In this document: positions 39,309 through 49,550 of the stretch, one piece after another
Position numbering within the stretch: position 1 is the stretch's first letter
Layout: the number at the start of each line of letters is the position of its first letter
NCBI GenBank assembly: GCA_047284725.1
Contig: JBJBEO010000001.1
Location: forward strand, 256,001-320,000
Reading direction: 5' to 3'
DNA length: 64,000 bases
Origin: Synechococcus sp.
GTDB lineage: Bacteria > Cyanobacteriota > Cyanobacteriia > PCC-6307 > Cyanobiaceae
The notes under the pieces: model-generated
Told to the model about the DNA's origin: nothing
Database searches by the model: none
The model's input: the letters and a program-made list of their open reading frames with translations, nothing else
Program-made: the position numbers and the translations under genes

Positions 39309-40712
39309 TCAGACATAGAGATCTTCGCGCGGAAACCCAATGCGATTCTGACGATTGAGCCGGTCACGGTTGAGGCTCTCCCAGATTGCGCTGAGAAGCA
39401 GAAGAATGCCAAGCCGTCCGACGAACATGCCGACCACAAGCACAAGCTGACCGAAATGACTGAGGTTTTCGGTCACCCCCAGATCAAGGCCGACGGTTGC
39501 AAAGGCTGAGATGCAGGTGAACAGCAGCTCAAGAAAGGTGAAGGGTTCATCTCCCTTGAGGTTGCTGCTCAGTGCCAGCAGGAGCGCCATGGCCAGCACA
39601 AACAGCAAGGACGCCACGGTGATGCTCACGGCCCTCAGCACCACCTTGTCGGAGATCTGGCGGTTGCGAATCACCACTTCCTCCCGACCCCTCAGGGTGG
39701 AACGGGTGGCTGCCATCAGGGCCACCACCGTGGTGGTTTTGACGCCGCCACCGGTGCCTCCAGGGCTGGCGCCGATGAACATCAGGGTCATCATCAGCAG
39801 CAGGCCGGAATCGGAGATGCTGTTCAGCGACAGGTGCACGGTGGTGAACCCTGCTGTCCGCGCACTCACCGATTCGAACAACGCACTCATCAATCGTTCC
39901 GGCCAGGCCAGCTTGGTGAGCAACTGACCTTGGGTCAGGCTTTCGGTGACCAGCAGCCCCAGGGTTCCGATCGCAATCAACAGCAGGCTCGCCCTGAGGA
40001 CGAGCCGTGTATGCAGGCTGAGGTTGCGTCGCCGCAACCGTTGTCGATTGATCCACAGGTCATTGGTCACGCGCCAGCCGAGGCCGCCCAGCACGATCAG
40101 CAGGATGACCACGGCGTTGACAATCCCATTGGTGCGATAACGCTCGAGACTGTCGCTCCAAAGACCGAAACCAGCATTGTTGTAGGCCGAAATGCTGTGG
40201 AACAGGGCGGCCCAAAGCCGGCCGCCGCCAAGGGGAAGGTCTGTGAACCCGAAGAAGTAGAGAACGATGGCTCCGAGAAGGATCAGCACCGTCGCGGTGA
40301 GGGCAATGCCTCTGAAGGTCGTGCCAACCCCCCCCACGCCGAATTCATCCAGGGTCTGCCCACGGTCGAGACGGCGGCGCAACGCTGTGCCACGCACCAC
40401 AAAGCCTTGCAGGAAGGTGGTGATGGCCATCAACCCGAGGCCTCCCACCAGGATCATCAGCGCCAGGACCCCCTGGCCGAAGCCGGTGAGATCGCGGCCC
40501 ACATCAATCACACTGAGTCCGGTTACCGTCACTGCTGAGGCAGCTGTGAAGAAAGCCTCCCAGAGCCCCACCCTGGGGCCGGAACACAATGGTGTGGCCA
40601 GAATCAAGCTGCCGGCGGCCACCACAAGGAAACCAGTGACCACGGTGAACTGCGGAACCGTGAGCTTGCGGTACCAGGCCTGGGTGCGGTGGAGAGCAGA
40701 AGGAATCGGCAT
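39309..40712 (-). CDS. trkH: TrkH/KtrB potassium uptake membrane subunit
   Basis: Four pore loops VTGL, NAGF, TAGF, TVGL; GGGVKTTT; MFVGRLG. Confidence 0.92.
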   Translation of the reverse strand: MPIPSALHRTQAWYRKLTVPQFTVVTGFLVVAAGSLILATPLCSGPRVGLWEAFFTAASAVTVTGLSVIDVGRDLTGFGQGVLALMILVGGLGLMAITTFLQGFVVRGTALRRRLDRGQTLDEFGVGGVGTTFRGIALTATVLILLGAIVLYFFGFTDLPLGGGRLWAALFHSISAYNNAGFGLWSDSLERYRTNGIVNAVVILLIVLGGLGWRVTNDLWINRQRLRRRNLSLHTRLVLRASLLLIAIGTLGLLVTESLTQGQLLTKLAWPERLMSALFESVSARTAGFTTVHLSLNSISDSGLLLMMTLMFIGASPGGTGGGVKTTTVVALMAATRSTLRGREEVVIRNRQISDKVVLRAVSITVASLLFVLAMALLLALSSNLKGDEPFTFLELLFTCISAFATVGLDLGVTENLSHFGQLVLVVGMFVGRLGILLLLSAIWESLNRDRLNRQNRIGFPREDLYV

Positions 40713-40715
40713 CGT

Positions 40716-42560
40716 CTACCCGGCGCCGTACTGCCAGAGAATCAAAGCTGGAACAAGCAGTGTCATCAAGACTGTGAGCCCGACGCCATAGCGAGGCACA
40801 TCGAGGAAGCGATAACGGCCCGGGCCGAACACCATCAGATTGGTCTGGTATCCCATCGGTGTGAGAAAAGACTGGCTGGCCCCAAACAACACCACCAACA
40901 GCAGGGCTTGAGGGGCAATGGCCAGCGGGATAGCCAATTGGGTCGCCACAGGGATGAGCAAGGCCACCGAGGCGGCGTTGCTCATCACGCTGGTGATCAC
41001 GTTGGTGACTAGGAAGATCACCACCAGGGCCCAATAGGGCTGCCAGTGCAACAGCAACCGCTCCATGGCGGAGGCGAGACCCTGGGCCAGACCACTGGTC
41101 TGGAGCGCCACACTGAAGCACGACAGCGAACCGAGCAGAAGGATCACATCCAGTCGGATTGATCGCTGAACCTCGCCAGCACGCAGGCAGTCCCCCAGCA
41201 CCAGAGCCACCACTGCAAACAGCACCGACGCCACCAACGGAATGGGGGTGAGCGAGGGCACCATCAGCATCAGCAGGGTGATGCTGATGGCGAGAGGTTT
41301 GCGTCGCACCGTGGGCAGGTCGTTTTCCAGTTGATCCAGCACGAGCAGATCGTTGCTGGCCTGCAGGCCCCGGATGGCGTCGAGGGGTGCTTGAAGCAGC
41401 AAGACATCACCTTCACGAAGCACTGCCTGGCCGAGACGTTCCTGCACCGTTTGCTGGCCGCGACGTAAGGCCAGAACAGTGGCGTTGTGGCGTTGACGGA
41501 AACGCAGTTCCCTCAGGCTCGCGCCCGCCAGGGTGGAGCCAGCCGGCAGCAACACTTCAACTGTTTTTTGGCCAGTGGCTTCGCTGCCGAACAGGGTGGA
41601 GTCACCGCCGCCGAGGCCGATGGGCTGTTTCGCTGGTTGCTTGGCTGCCGCCAATTGCACCGTGTGTTCCTGTTGAAGCCTGAGCAGATCGGAACGGGTG
41701 ACGCGGAGAAGCAGGCGATCACCCGCTTCGATGCCTCGATCCGCAAGGGGGGGCAGCATGCGCTCGCTGCCGCGTTGGAGTTCGAGAACATCCACATCAA
41801 AGCGCCTCTGCAGACGGCTGTGGCGCAAGGTCTGGCCCACCAGCATTGAGTTGGCGGGGATGGTCACTTCCGTGAAGTAACCGCTTTGTGCCGGGTCGCT
41901 GCTGAGTTGATCAGGAGGGGGGCTGCGGTCGGGAAGGAACGAACGCGGGGCGAGCAGCATGTAGGCCGACCCTGCCAGCCACACCGGAATGCCGATGGCT
42001 GTGAAGCTGAACAGATCAAGGGCGCCATAGCCGAGTTGTCGGCTCACATCACTGGCCAACAGATTCACCGAGCTGCCCAGAAGGGTGAGCGTGCCCCCCA
42101 GCAAGGTGGCGAAGGAAAGGGGGAGCAGCACACGGGAGGGAGGCACCTGGCGGCGTTGACACCAGGTCTCAAGCACTGGCAACAGGCTTGCCACGATCGG
42201 GGTGTTGGGAACCACACCGGAGATCGGTGCCACCACCATGGTGAGCAGGGCGACCATCCGGCGCGGCGAGCGAATTCGCTCGGAGGCAATCAGTTCGCGC
42301 AGTCGATCAAGGGCCCCACTGCGAAAGAGGGCCGCCGAGACGGCAAACAATCCCATCAAGGTGATCAGTGCTGGGCTCCCGAATCCAGCCAGCCCCTGTT
42401 CAGGGGTGAGCACACCCGTGCTCACCAGGAGCGCCACACTCAGCAGGCCTGTCAATTCAGGGGCAAGGGCACCGGTGACGAACAACACGATCGCCAGCAA
42501 AAGCACAGCCAGGGTGATCAGGGCCTGTGGGTTCTGAAGCGCCGCACTCAGTTCGGCCAT
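40716..42560 (-). CDS. SLC13 family permease with TrkA-C domains
   Basis: TLLGSSVNL, two central TrkA-C repeats, TPMGYQTNLMVFGPGRY. Confidence 0.9.
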   Translation of the reverse strand: MAELSAALQNPQALITLAVLLLAIVLFVTGALAPELTGLLSVALLVSTGVLTPEQGLAGFGSPALITLMGLFAVSAALFRSGALDRLRELIASERIRSPRRMVALLTMVVAPISGVVPNTPIVASLLPVLETWCQRRQVPPSRVLLPLSFATLLGGTLTLLGSSVNLLASDVSRQLGYGALDLFSFTAIGIPVWLAGSAYMLLAPRSFLPDRSPPPDQLSSDPAQSGYFTEVTIPANSMLVGQTLRHSRLQRRFDVDVLELQRGSERMLPPLADRGIEAGDRLLLRVTRSDLLRLQQEHTVQLAAAKQPAKQPIGLGGGDSTLFGSEATGQKTVEVLLPAGSTLAGASLRELRFRQRHNATVLALRRGQQTVQERLGQAVLREGDVLLLQAPLDAIRGLQASNDLLVLDQLENDLPTVRRKPLAISITLLMLMVPSLTPIPLVASVLFAVVALVLGDCLRAGEVQRSIRLDVILLLGSLSCFSVALQTSGLAQGLASAMERLLLHWQPYWALVVIFLVTNVITSVMSNAASVALLIPVATQLAIPLAIAPQALLLVVLFGASQSFLTPMGYQTNLMVFGPGRYRFLDVPRYGVGLTVLMTLLVPALILWQYGAG

Positions 42561-44293
42561 GGAGGGGCGTGATCGGTCGGACTCAGCTGTGACACCGTAT
42601 CTGTATCGGTGCCTGGGGTCATGTCCAGGCTTCCGGGGGCATCCCAGAATTCCAGCTCGAGCCGTTGCTTGAGCCTCTGAAGCCCTGTTCCATCAGTCGC
42701 GGAGATGAAGATGGCGTCCGGCTCCAGATCGGTGATGGCCTGGATCGCTTCTGCGGGGCAGCGGTCGATCTGGTTGGCGACCACCAGTCTGGGCTTGTCG
42801 CCGCCAAGATCATCCAGCAGCCGCTGGACGGCGCAGAGTTGAGCCTGCCAGTCGGGATCGGCCAGATCCACCACCAGCAGCAAACGATCCGCGTCGAGTG
42901 CTTCCTCAAGGGTGGCTCTGAAGGCTTCCACCAGGGCCTCCGGCAGGTCGCGGATGAACCCCACGGTGTCGGTCAGCAAGAGCTCCCTAGCGGCAGAGCC
43001 CGGCTGGGGCAGCGACAGTCGACGGGTGGTGGGATCAAGGGTGGCGAACAATTTGTTCTCCGCCAACACGGCTTTGTGGTTCCCTTTGGTGCAGAGAGCA
43101 TTCAGCAAGGACGACTTCCCTGCGTTGGTGTAGCCGACCAGGGCCAGTCTGGGTAAGCCGTCGCGACGGTCGCGCAAACGGGCGCGGTGTTCTTCCAGCT
43201 GCCGGGTTGAACGTCTCAAGGCTTCAATCCGACGGCTGATGGCGCGCCGATCTTTTTCAAGCTGGGTCTCTCCGGGCCCGCGGGTGCCAATCCCCCCCCC
43301 CTGTCTCGACAGGCTCCGGCCACGCCCCAGCAGGCGCGGCAGGCGATAGCGCAGCTGGGCCAGCTCCACTTGAATGCGCCCAGCCGCACTGGCGGCCCGC
43401 TGGGCAAAAATATCGAGAATCAGCTCGCTGCGATCCATCACAGGGCAATCAAGCCAGCGTTCGAGGTTCCGGGCCTGAACGGGCGACAGTTCTCGGTCGG
43501 TGATCACCAGCGATGCACGATGGCGGCGCACCTCCAGGGCGGCTTCCTGCAGTTTTCCTGTTCCCCAGAGGGTCTGGGGGTTGGCCGTGCCTTGCTTCTG
43601 ATGGCACACCATGACTGGACGGGCCCCAGCGCTGCGCACCAGACCTTCCAGTTCCGCCAGGTCGCGGGCATTGCGATGGGGATCGGTGCCGATCAAGGTG
43701 AGCAACAGCACGCGTTCTTCGCTGCTGGCGGCTGGGGCTGCATGCGGTTGTGAGCCAGTGTCGTTGTTCACCGGCAGGAGCTCTTCCTGGCACAGGGTTA
43801 AGAGCTGGTCGCTGCCGACGGCCGACCAGCCCTGGTCGGCGCTGGCGTCTGGTCGCCATGCCCCTGCTCGCCAGCGTCCTCCCGGCAGGGGTCGGCAGGG
43901 ATACCGCATCCAGCTTTCCGGTTGCAGATCGAGAGCAACCACCGCTTCTCTCGACTCGGGGGTCAGGTTGGCGTCAGCTGTGGCTTTCAGACAGCTGATC
44001 AGGCGCCAGCGGCGTTGGTCTGCGTTGCGTCGTTTGGATGGGCCCTGAAGATGCGACAGCAGTTGACCTGACTCCGTCAGGGGACCCACCCAGAGCAATC
44101 GGCAGAGGCCACGGCCATCGATCAATAAATGCAGAGGCTGCTCCACATCGATCACCAGCTCGGCGAGCCGCTCAAGGGCGAGCGGGTCGGCCCCCATGGC
44201 CTGGGGATGGCGACGGTGCCCCAGGCGTTCTGCCCGCCGTAGTTGAGAGGGGCGCAATCCTTTGGTGCGGCCGGCCAGATGGGTCTGTTTCAA
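42548..44293 (-). CDS. hflX: GTPase HflX (long cyanobacterial form)
   Basis: LILDIFAQRA, GTRGPGET, GYTNAGKS, FATLDPT, DTVGF. Confidence 0.95.
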   Translation of the reverse strand: MKQTHLAGRTKGLRPSQLRRAERLGHRRHPQAMGADPLALERLAELVIDVEQPLHLLIDGRGLCRLLWVGPLTESGQLLSHLQGPSKRRNADQRRWRLISCLKATADANLTPESREAVVALDLQPESWMRYPCRPLPGGRWRAGAWRPDASADQGWSAVGSDQLLTLCQEELLPVNNDTGSQPHAAPAASSEERVLLLTLIGTDPHRNARDLAELEGLVRSAGARPVMVCHQKQGTANPQTLWGTGKLQEAALEVRRHRASLVITDRELSPVQARNLERWLDCPVMDRSELILDIFAQRAASAAGRIQVELAQLRYRLPRLLGRGRSLSRQGGGIGTRGPGETQLEKDRRAISRRIEALRRSTRQLEEHRARLRDRRDGLPRLALVGYTNAGKSSLLNALCTKGNHKAVLAENKLFATLDPTTRRLSLPQPGSAARELLLTDTVGFIRDLPEALVEAFRATLEEALDADRLLLVVDLADPDWQAQLCAVQRLLDDLGGDKPRLVVANQIDRCPAEAIQAITDLEPDAIFISATDGTGLQRLKQRLELEFWDAPGSLDMTPGTDTDTVSQLSPTDHAPPWPN

Positions 44294-45489
44294 CGACTCA
44301 GCAACCAGGCTCCTGCCGACCGCAGGCCCAATGATGCCTTGGGCAGGCGGGCTAAGTAGGTGAGACGCCGGAGCTTGAACGCAAGGGGGCCGGACAGGGT
44401 CATGCCCATGCCTGTGAGGGTGGCGTTACCTTTGCCGAGGCTCAACATCTCACCGAGATCGTTGAAGTGGAAGGCTGGCGGTTCTTGGTTTCGGCGCATG
44501 GCCATCACCGTCGCCATCGCAGCCTCTCCCTGCTGCATGGCGACCTGGGCGGTGCTGGGCCAAGGCTTGGAATGGCCATCAGCCGGCTGATGGATGCCTA
44601 GGTCGCCAATGACGACGCAATCGGGCAGGTCCTCGCTGCGCAGCTGTTCATCCACGGCTAAGCGCCCCTCGGTTTGGGAGAGCTCAGGGACGCAAGGAGG
44701 TCGTCGCGGCTTGCTGCCGGCGGTCCAGATCAGGCCCTTGTGATGCAGGGTGGTCTTCCGTCCATTCTCAGAGAAGAGGACGTTGTCGGCACTGATCGTT
44801 TCCACCCGCGCCTGGAGGTGGCAATGGATCTTCAGTCGTTTGAGAGTGACCAGGGCCTGTTCACGGTTGAAGGCACGCGCCAACGGCAGCACCTGATCAC
44901 CCTGCTCGATCAGGTGGATGCTGGCCCGGCCTTCGAGCAGGTCGGCCAGTTTGCAGGCCAACTCCACGCCGGTCGCCCCTGCTCCCACGATGACCAGGGC
45001 CGGGGTTGGATCTTCATCCGTTGAGCCGGTTCTGCTCAGGGTTCTGACAAGCTGTCGCACCCTGGACACATCCTCGAGGCTGTGGAAGTGGAGGGCATGT
45101 TCCTTCACCCCGGGAACACCGAAATCGTTGGGTTCCGAGCCTGTCGCCAGCACCAATTGCCCGTAGGTCAACCGTTGGCCTCCGAGGGTCACCACAGCGT
45201 GGTCCTGCCAGTGAATGGCGCTGACGCGATCCTGAATCAGAGCGATGCCTGAGCTCTGCAGAATGTCGTCGTAGCGGGGGGCCACTTCCCAGGCTTGGAG
45301 TTCGCCACTGAGCAGCTCATAGAGCAAGGGAAGGAATGCGAACTGTGGTTGAGGCTCCACAAGCACGATGGGGGGCCTGGGACGTTGACGACTCAGTTGC
45401 AGGGCCAGGGTCAGGCCTGCAAACCCTCCGCCAACGATCACGACCGGCGGAGCATCTGCCGATGCATGGCCGGTGGATGGGGCTGACAT
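44290..45489 (-). CDS. type-2 NADH dehydrogenase-like FAD oxidoreductase
   Basis: GGGFAG, FLPLLYE, GAGATGVELA, TAQVAMQQG. Start taken at ATG 45489. Confidence 0.88.
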   Translation of the reverse strand: MSAPSTGHASADAPPVVIVGGGFAGLTLALQLSRQRPRPPIVLVEPQPQFAFLPLLYELLSGELQAWEVAPRYDDILQSSGIALIQDRVSAIHWQDHAVVTLGGQRLTYGQLVLATGSEPNDFGVPGVKEHALHFHSLEDVSRVRQLVRTLSRTGSTDEDPTPALVIVGAGATGVELACKLADLLEGRASIHLIEQGDQVLPLARAFNREQALVTLKRLKIHCHLQARVETISADNVLFSENGRKTTLHHKGLIWTAGSKPRRPPCVPELSQTEGRLAVDEQLRSEDLPDCVVIGDLGIHQPADGHSKPWPSTAQVAMQQGEAAMATVMAMRRNQEPPAFHFNDLGEMLSLGKGNATLTGMGMTLSGPLAFKLRRLTYLARLPKASLGLRSAGAWLLSR

Positions 45490-45558
45490 GACAACGGCCG
45501 GACACTGATTGCGACCATAGACACCGCATCCCGACCGGCGACATTGGAGGATGGATGC

Positions 45559-46290
45559 ATGACTGATGCCCCCTCCGCAGCGACTGTCGCCGACGATTCC
45601 CTGGCTCTTGAGGCCCTGACGCCTCTTCAACGCCTTGATTGGGCCCGTCAGCGCTTCGGCGAGGGATTCGCGCTGACCACAAGCTTCGGCATTCAGTCGT
45701 CGGTGTTGCTGCACATGCTCAGCACCCTGGAGGGGGCTGAGCATGTGCCAGTGATCTGGGTCGATACGGGCTATCTGCCGGCCGAGACCTATCGCTACGC
45801 CGATCAGTTGTGTCAGCGCTTCGAGCTCAATTTGCAGATCGCCCAAAGTGTGATCTCACCAGCCCGGATGGAGGCTCTGCATGGCCGTCTGTGGGAAACC
45901 GGCAAGGTGGAGGACTTGGAGCTCTATCACCAATTACGCAAGGTGGAGCCCCTCGAAGCCACCATGGACGCCCTCAAGATCACCTGCTGGGCCAGTGGTG
46001 TACGCCGGGGACAGACCGATCACCGCAGCACCATGGGATGGCTGGAGCCGATCCGCGGCAGATTGTCCTTGCGACCAGTGCTCAGCTGGACGCCAAGAGA
46101 CGTTTTTTATTACATGCAGGAGCATGAGTTGCCGCAGCATCCCCTGTTCGAGCAGGGTTATTCCACTGTCGGTGACTGGCATTCCAGTGCCCCTGATGGT
46201 GGGGACCAGTCAGGGCGCCAGACCCGTTTTGGTGGCCTGAAACAGGAATGTGGCATTCATCTGCCGGGTGTGATGGGTGACGGAATCTAG
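45559..46290 (+). CDS. cysH: phosphoadenylyl-sulfate reductase
   Basis: TSFG, DTGY, RKVEP, GYSTVGD, ECGIH. Confidence 0.95.
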   Translation: MTDAPSAATVADDSLALEALTPLQRLDWARQRFGEGFALTTSFGIQSSVLLHMLSTLEGAEHVPVIWVDTGYLPAETYRYADQLCQRFELNLQIAQSVISPARMEALHGRLWETGKVEDLELYHQLRKVEPLEATMDALKITCWASGVRRGQTDHRSTMGWLEPIRGRLSLRPVLSWTPRDVFYYMQEHELPQHPLFEQGYSTVGDWHSSAPDGGDQSGRQTRFGGLKQECGIHLPGVMGDGI

Positions 46291-46292
46291 GT

Positions 46293-46988
46293 ATGTCTGA
46301 CGGCGGCATCTGTCTGCTGATCGGCAACAGCCGCTGGCACTGGGCAACGCGCACGGACGCAGGGTGGAGGTTCGACCACACCGCCCCTGATCCTTGTCGC
46401 CTCGACCGACTGCCTCTCGACCGCTGGGCGGCCGTGGGGCCGGTCCCTGACCATGGTTCTCTGACCGCACCCAAGCAGTTGGGTCTGACCCATGTCCCGC
46501 TGCAAGGGATGCCTCCTTGGCTTGGTGTTGACCGTGCCTTGGCTGGGTGGGCCGCATGGCGGGCTGCTGCACCGTTGTCGTCTGGCGCTGGTGTGATCGT
46601 TGCCGATGCCGGCACTGTGCTCAGCCTCACCCGGGTGACGGCTGACGGAGGGTTCGCGGGGGGGCAGCTGGCTGCAGGACTGCGCTTGCAACTGAAGGCG
46701 ATGGCTGCTGGCACCCGCGATTTACCTCAGTCGGATGGCTGTGACCCATGGCCTGAGGAGGTGTTTCCGCAGGACACGTTGGCGGCCATGCAGCAGGGCT
46801 GTCTTCAGGCACTCCTGGGCCTGTTGCTGGAAGCCCAGCGCCACTGCCAATGGCCACTGTGGCTCTGTGGTGGCGATGCCCCCGTGCTGGTCAACGCGCT
46901 TGAACAGCGGGGGATCGCTGTGGTGCATGCCCCTGATCTTGTGATGCAGGGGATGGTGGGTTTGCTTAGCCCAGGCCCAGATCGCTGA
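46293..46988 (+). CDS. coaX: type III pantothenate kinase
   Basis: IGNSR, LGVDR, DAGT, CGGDA. Confidence 0.9.
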   Translation: MSDGGICLLIGNSRWHWATRTDAGWRFDHTAPDPCRLDRLPLDRWAAVGPVPDHGSLTAPKQLGLTHVPLQGMPPWLGVDRALAGWAAWRAAAPLSSGAGVIVADAGTVLSLTRVTADGGFAGGQLAAGLRLQLKAMAAGTRDLPQSDGCDPWPEEVFPQDTLAAMQQGCLQALLGLLLEAQRHCQWPLWLCGGDAPVLVNALEQRGIAVVHAPDLVMQGMVGLLSPGPDR

Positions 46989-47433
46989 GGATCTGATCAG
47001 CCATGCTGTCGGCTTTCACTTTTCGATAAATCAACTCCAACTGGCCGTTGGCATCGACCACAAAGGTGTGGCGCATCATGCCCATGTATTCGCGACCCAT
47101 GAATTTCTTCAGGCCATAACTCTCATAGCTGCTTGCCACCGCACAGGGTTCCTCATCGGTGAGCAGGGTGAAGGGCAGCTCCTGTTTGGCAATGAAGCGC
47201 AGGTGGGAGGCTGCGTTGTCTTTGCTGATGCCCAGAACGGTGATGTCATGAGCCTTGAAGGCATCCCAGCGATCCCGGAAATTGCAGGCTTCCTTCGTAC
47301 AGCCCGGAGTGGCATCTTTCGGATAGAAGTAGATCACGACCCGTTTCCCTCTCAGGGATGACAGCTGCAACGATGCACCGTTCTGGTCCGGGAGTTTGAA
47401 ATCTGGTGCGGGATCACCGATCTGAAGTGCCAT
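46966..47433 (-). CDS. bcp: thioredoxin-dependent peroxiredoxin Bcp/PrxQ
   Basis: YFYPKDATPGCTKEACNFRD. Confidence 0.95.
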   Translation of the reverse strand: MALQIGDPAPDFKLPDQNGASLQLSSLRGKRVVIYFYPKDATPGCTKEACNFRDRWDAFKAHDITVLGISKDNAASHLRFIAKQELPFTLLTDEEPCAVASSYESYGLKKFMGREYMGMMRHTFVVDANGQLELIYRKVKADSMADQILSDLGLG

Positions 47434-48113
47434 GGCGACAAGCTGAAAGGCCGCGGCGCAGCGTACCTGCGCTCTGGCTGGTGCCGCAGTGCCGTCCGCT
47501 TCCGGTTGTTTCGCTATCGGCACAAGAGCAGGCCTGGGGGAACGCCTTGCCTGATCCCAGGTGCGCTCAGTTCACCTGGTCACGCCAATGGATGCGTGCC
47601 TTGCTGGCTTCTCTGTTGCAGGTGTCCCCAGCGGCTCTTCCGCTCGTTGCGCCTCCCGGGGAGCCTCCTCGCTTGGCTGACGGCTGGGGTTTTGTCAGCC
47701 TCAGCCACTGCCGGGACGCGCTTGCAGTGGCTTGGGCACCGTGGCGGATCGGGGTGGATCTGGAACGGACCGATCGGGCCCTGTCCGTGACCGCCCTGGT
47801 GAAGCGCTTTTTCTGTGCTCACGAGCGCGATGCGCTGCTCGCAATGGAGCCCCCACGTCAGCGGGAAGCAGTGCTCGAGCACTGGTTGCTGAAGGAAGCA
47901 GCCATCAAGTGGCAAAGGGGCAGTCTCGGTCGAGATCTCAGCGACTGGTGCTGCAAAGCGGATCGCAGCGCTGTGATCCATCGCGTTCATGGCATGGAGT
48001 TACAGGCCCAACGCTGGAGACAGGCCGATTGGTCCCTTGCCCTGGTGGGAGAGGCGGCGGACATGGGCGAGAGTGCCAATCCCATGCATTCGGCCTTGCT
48101 CTGCCTAGCGTGA
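47406..48113 (+). CDS. Sfp/HetI-type 4'-phosphopantetheinyl transferase
   Basis: SLSH, IGVDLE, WLLKEAAIK. True start probably downstream of 47406. Confidence 0.88.
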   Translation: MRDHRSEVPWRQAERPRRSVPALWLVPQCRPLPVVSLSAQEQAWGNALPDPRCAQFTWSRQWMRALLASLLQVSPAALPLVAPPGEPPRLADGWGFVSLSHCRDALAVAWAPWRIGVDLERTDRALSVTALVKRFFCAHERDALLAMEPPRQREAVLEHWLLKEAAIKWQRGSLGRDLSDWCCKADRSAVIHRVHGMELQAQRWRQADWSLALVGEAADMGESANPMHSALLCLA

Positions 48114-48116
48114 ACG

Positions 48117-48650
48117 GTGGCTTCCGTTGGGGTGGTTGTGATGGGGTTCGGTGCGCATGCAATGCCGTCTTGTGTGGCCGCTGCTGCGCTGATCGGTCTC
48201 GGATTGTTGGGCATGCGGCAGCCTTTGTCGCCCTCCCAGGTTCCGTTTGTGTCTGCGGCGCCGCCGCCGGATTGGGCTGCGATTGACGAGGCATTGCATC
48301 ACCGCGAAACCACCCTGCATCAGCGTCGTGAAGCGGAGGAACTGCTGGGTCAGTTCATTCGTGGACAAATGACGCGTCACTATTGGGGACATTTCGCCTC
48401 GTCTTTGGCCGATCTGGGGATCAGCAGTGGTTCTCAACTACGGGCCCGGGTCGTCTCAAGCCCTGAAGGCAGTGAGTTGTTGCTGATGCCTAAACGTGGC
48501 AAAGAGGCCTATGCCGCTGTCGTTCGGCAACAGGGGCCACGCTTGGCCCGTTGGCAGTGCAGGGGCCCTGTCCCGATGCCTGGGGAGGAGCTGCGCATCG
48601 ACACGGGATGCCCGCAGGGATGGCAAACCATTGCCAATGACCAGGGCTGA
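48117..48650 (+). CDS. hypothetical protein, possibly pilin-like
   Basis: N-terminal hydrophobic helix; RGQ..HY..HFASSLADLGI; C-terminal C...CP.GW pair. Confidence 0.6.
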   Translation: MASVGVVVMGFGAHAMPSCVAAAALIGLGLLGMRQPLSPSQVPFVSAAPPPDWAAIDEALHHRETTLHQRREAEELLGQFIRGQMTRHYWGHFASSLADLGISSGSQLRARVVSSPEGSELLLMPKRGKEAYAAVVRQQGPRLARWQCRGPVPMPGEELRIDTGCPQGWQTIANDQG

Positions 48651-48860
48651 TTCGTCTCCAAAGCAGTTGATTTGGTGTTGTCTTTTGGAGTGAGGCATTG
48701 AAGTTCTGCGTTTGTTGCAAACGCAAAAACCTTGATGTGGGAATTGATTCCAGGCAGCGAAGATCCCTGCCGGATCATTGTTGGCCGTCTTGATGACAGA
48801 AGTGTTGGCAGTTTTTTTTGTGTTGTCTAAAAAAGGGTTGACGTCCTCTTTTTGCCGTCC

Positions 48861-49487
48861 GTGTTCAATCGTCTCGCAGCCGGCCTCCTCGCTGGCGCAA
48901 CTCTTTCCACCTTCGCTCTTGCAGCTGAAGCCGGCACCATGCGCCCTGTGCGTTGGAAGACCGGTGGCGCTGTTTGGACCACTACCTCCTCTGCTTTCAA
49001 CACCTTCTTCGAAGATGGTGAGATCACCGATCGTGGTCTTGAAGCAGGCATCAACGGTTCCGGCTGGACCGCGGATGAAATCCGCGACGGCATGACCGAA
49101 AACTATGACGTGGATCTGATCGGCGTTTCTCGCTTCCTCTATTCCGAGGAAGGCGAGCAGTTCCTCGACGAGCAGACCCGCAGCTACTTCCCCTACTGGA
49201 TGAAGAAGAAGACAGCTGTGGTCGCCCTGCGTTCCGCCATCATCGCCGACTCCGTCGATGGTCAGCTGTCGTCCGCCGGCATCATGCGCAATCTGCCTGT
49301 TGATTTCGCTCTGGCAGACAACGGTGCCTCCGATGGGGCTCAGAATGTCTGTAAGCCTGGTCTGGATGCGCCTCGCGACACCTCCCTGCTGTCTTGGTAT
49401 GTGTTCCTGCCCGCTTGCGTGCAGGCCAATCAGGTGGTCGACCCCGCTCCCGTGCGTCCTTCTGCACCGGTTCGTGGCCTCTGGTGA
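48861..49487 (+). CDS. exported protein (DUF1400-like)
   Basis: Signal peptide ending AEA; FLYSEEGEQFL and ALRSAII motifs; ends PVRGLW; followed by a terminator. Confidence 0.75.
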   Translation: MFNRLAAGLLAGATLSTFALAAEAGTMRPVRWKTGGAVWTTTSSAFNTFFEDGEITDRGLEAGINGSGWTADEIRDGMTENYDVDLIGVSRFLYSEEGEQFLDEQTRSYFPYWMKKKTAVVALRSAIIADSVDGQLSSAGIMRNLPVDFALADNGASDGAQNVCKPGLDAPRDTSLLSWYVFLPACVQANQVVDPAPVRPSAPVRGLW

Positions 49488-49514
49488 TTGGCGCAAGCGC
49501 CATTACCATTCTGC

Positions 49515-49541
49515 AGCCTCGGCATCGCCGGGGCTTTTTTT
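49515..49541 (+). terminator. rho-independent terminator
   Basis: agcctcggc-atc-gccggggct followed by a T run. Confidence 0.8.
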
Positions 49542-49550
49542 ATGTCGGCT

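Noticed and set aside
43292..43301. C10 homopolymer in hflX as a phase-variation tract
   Set aside because: It encodes the conserved QGGG motif and the frame is intact.
47406..48113. PPTase as a sign of an NRPS/PKS cluster
   Set aside because: No carrier protein or synthase is nearby; cyanobacteria typically use one Sfp-type PPTase for housekeeping.
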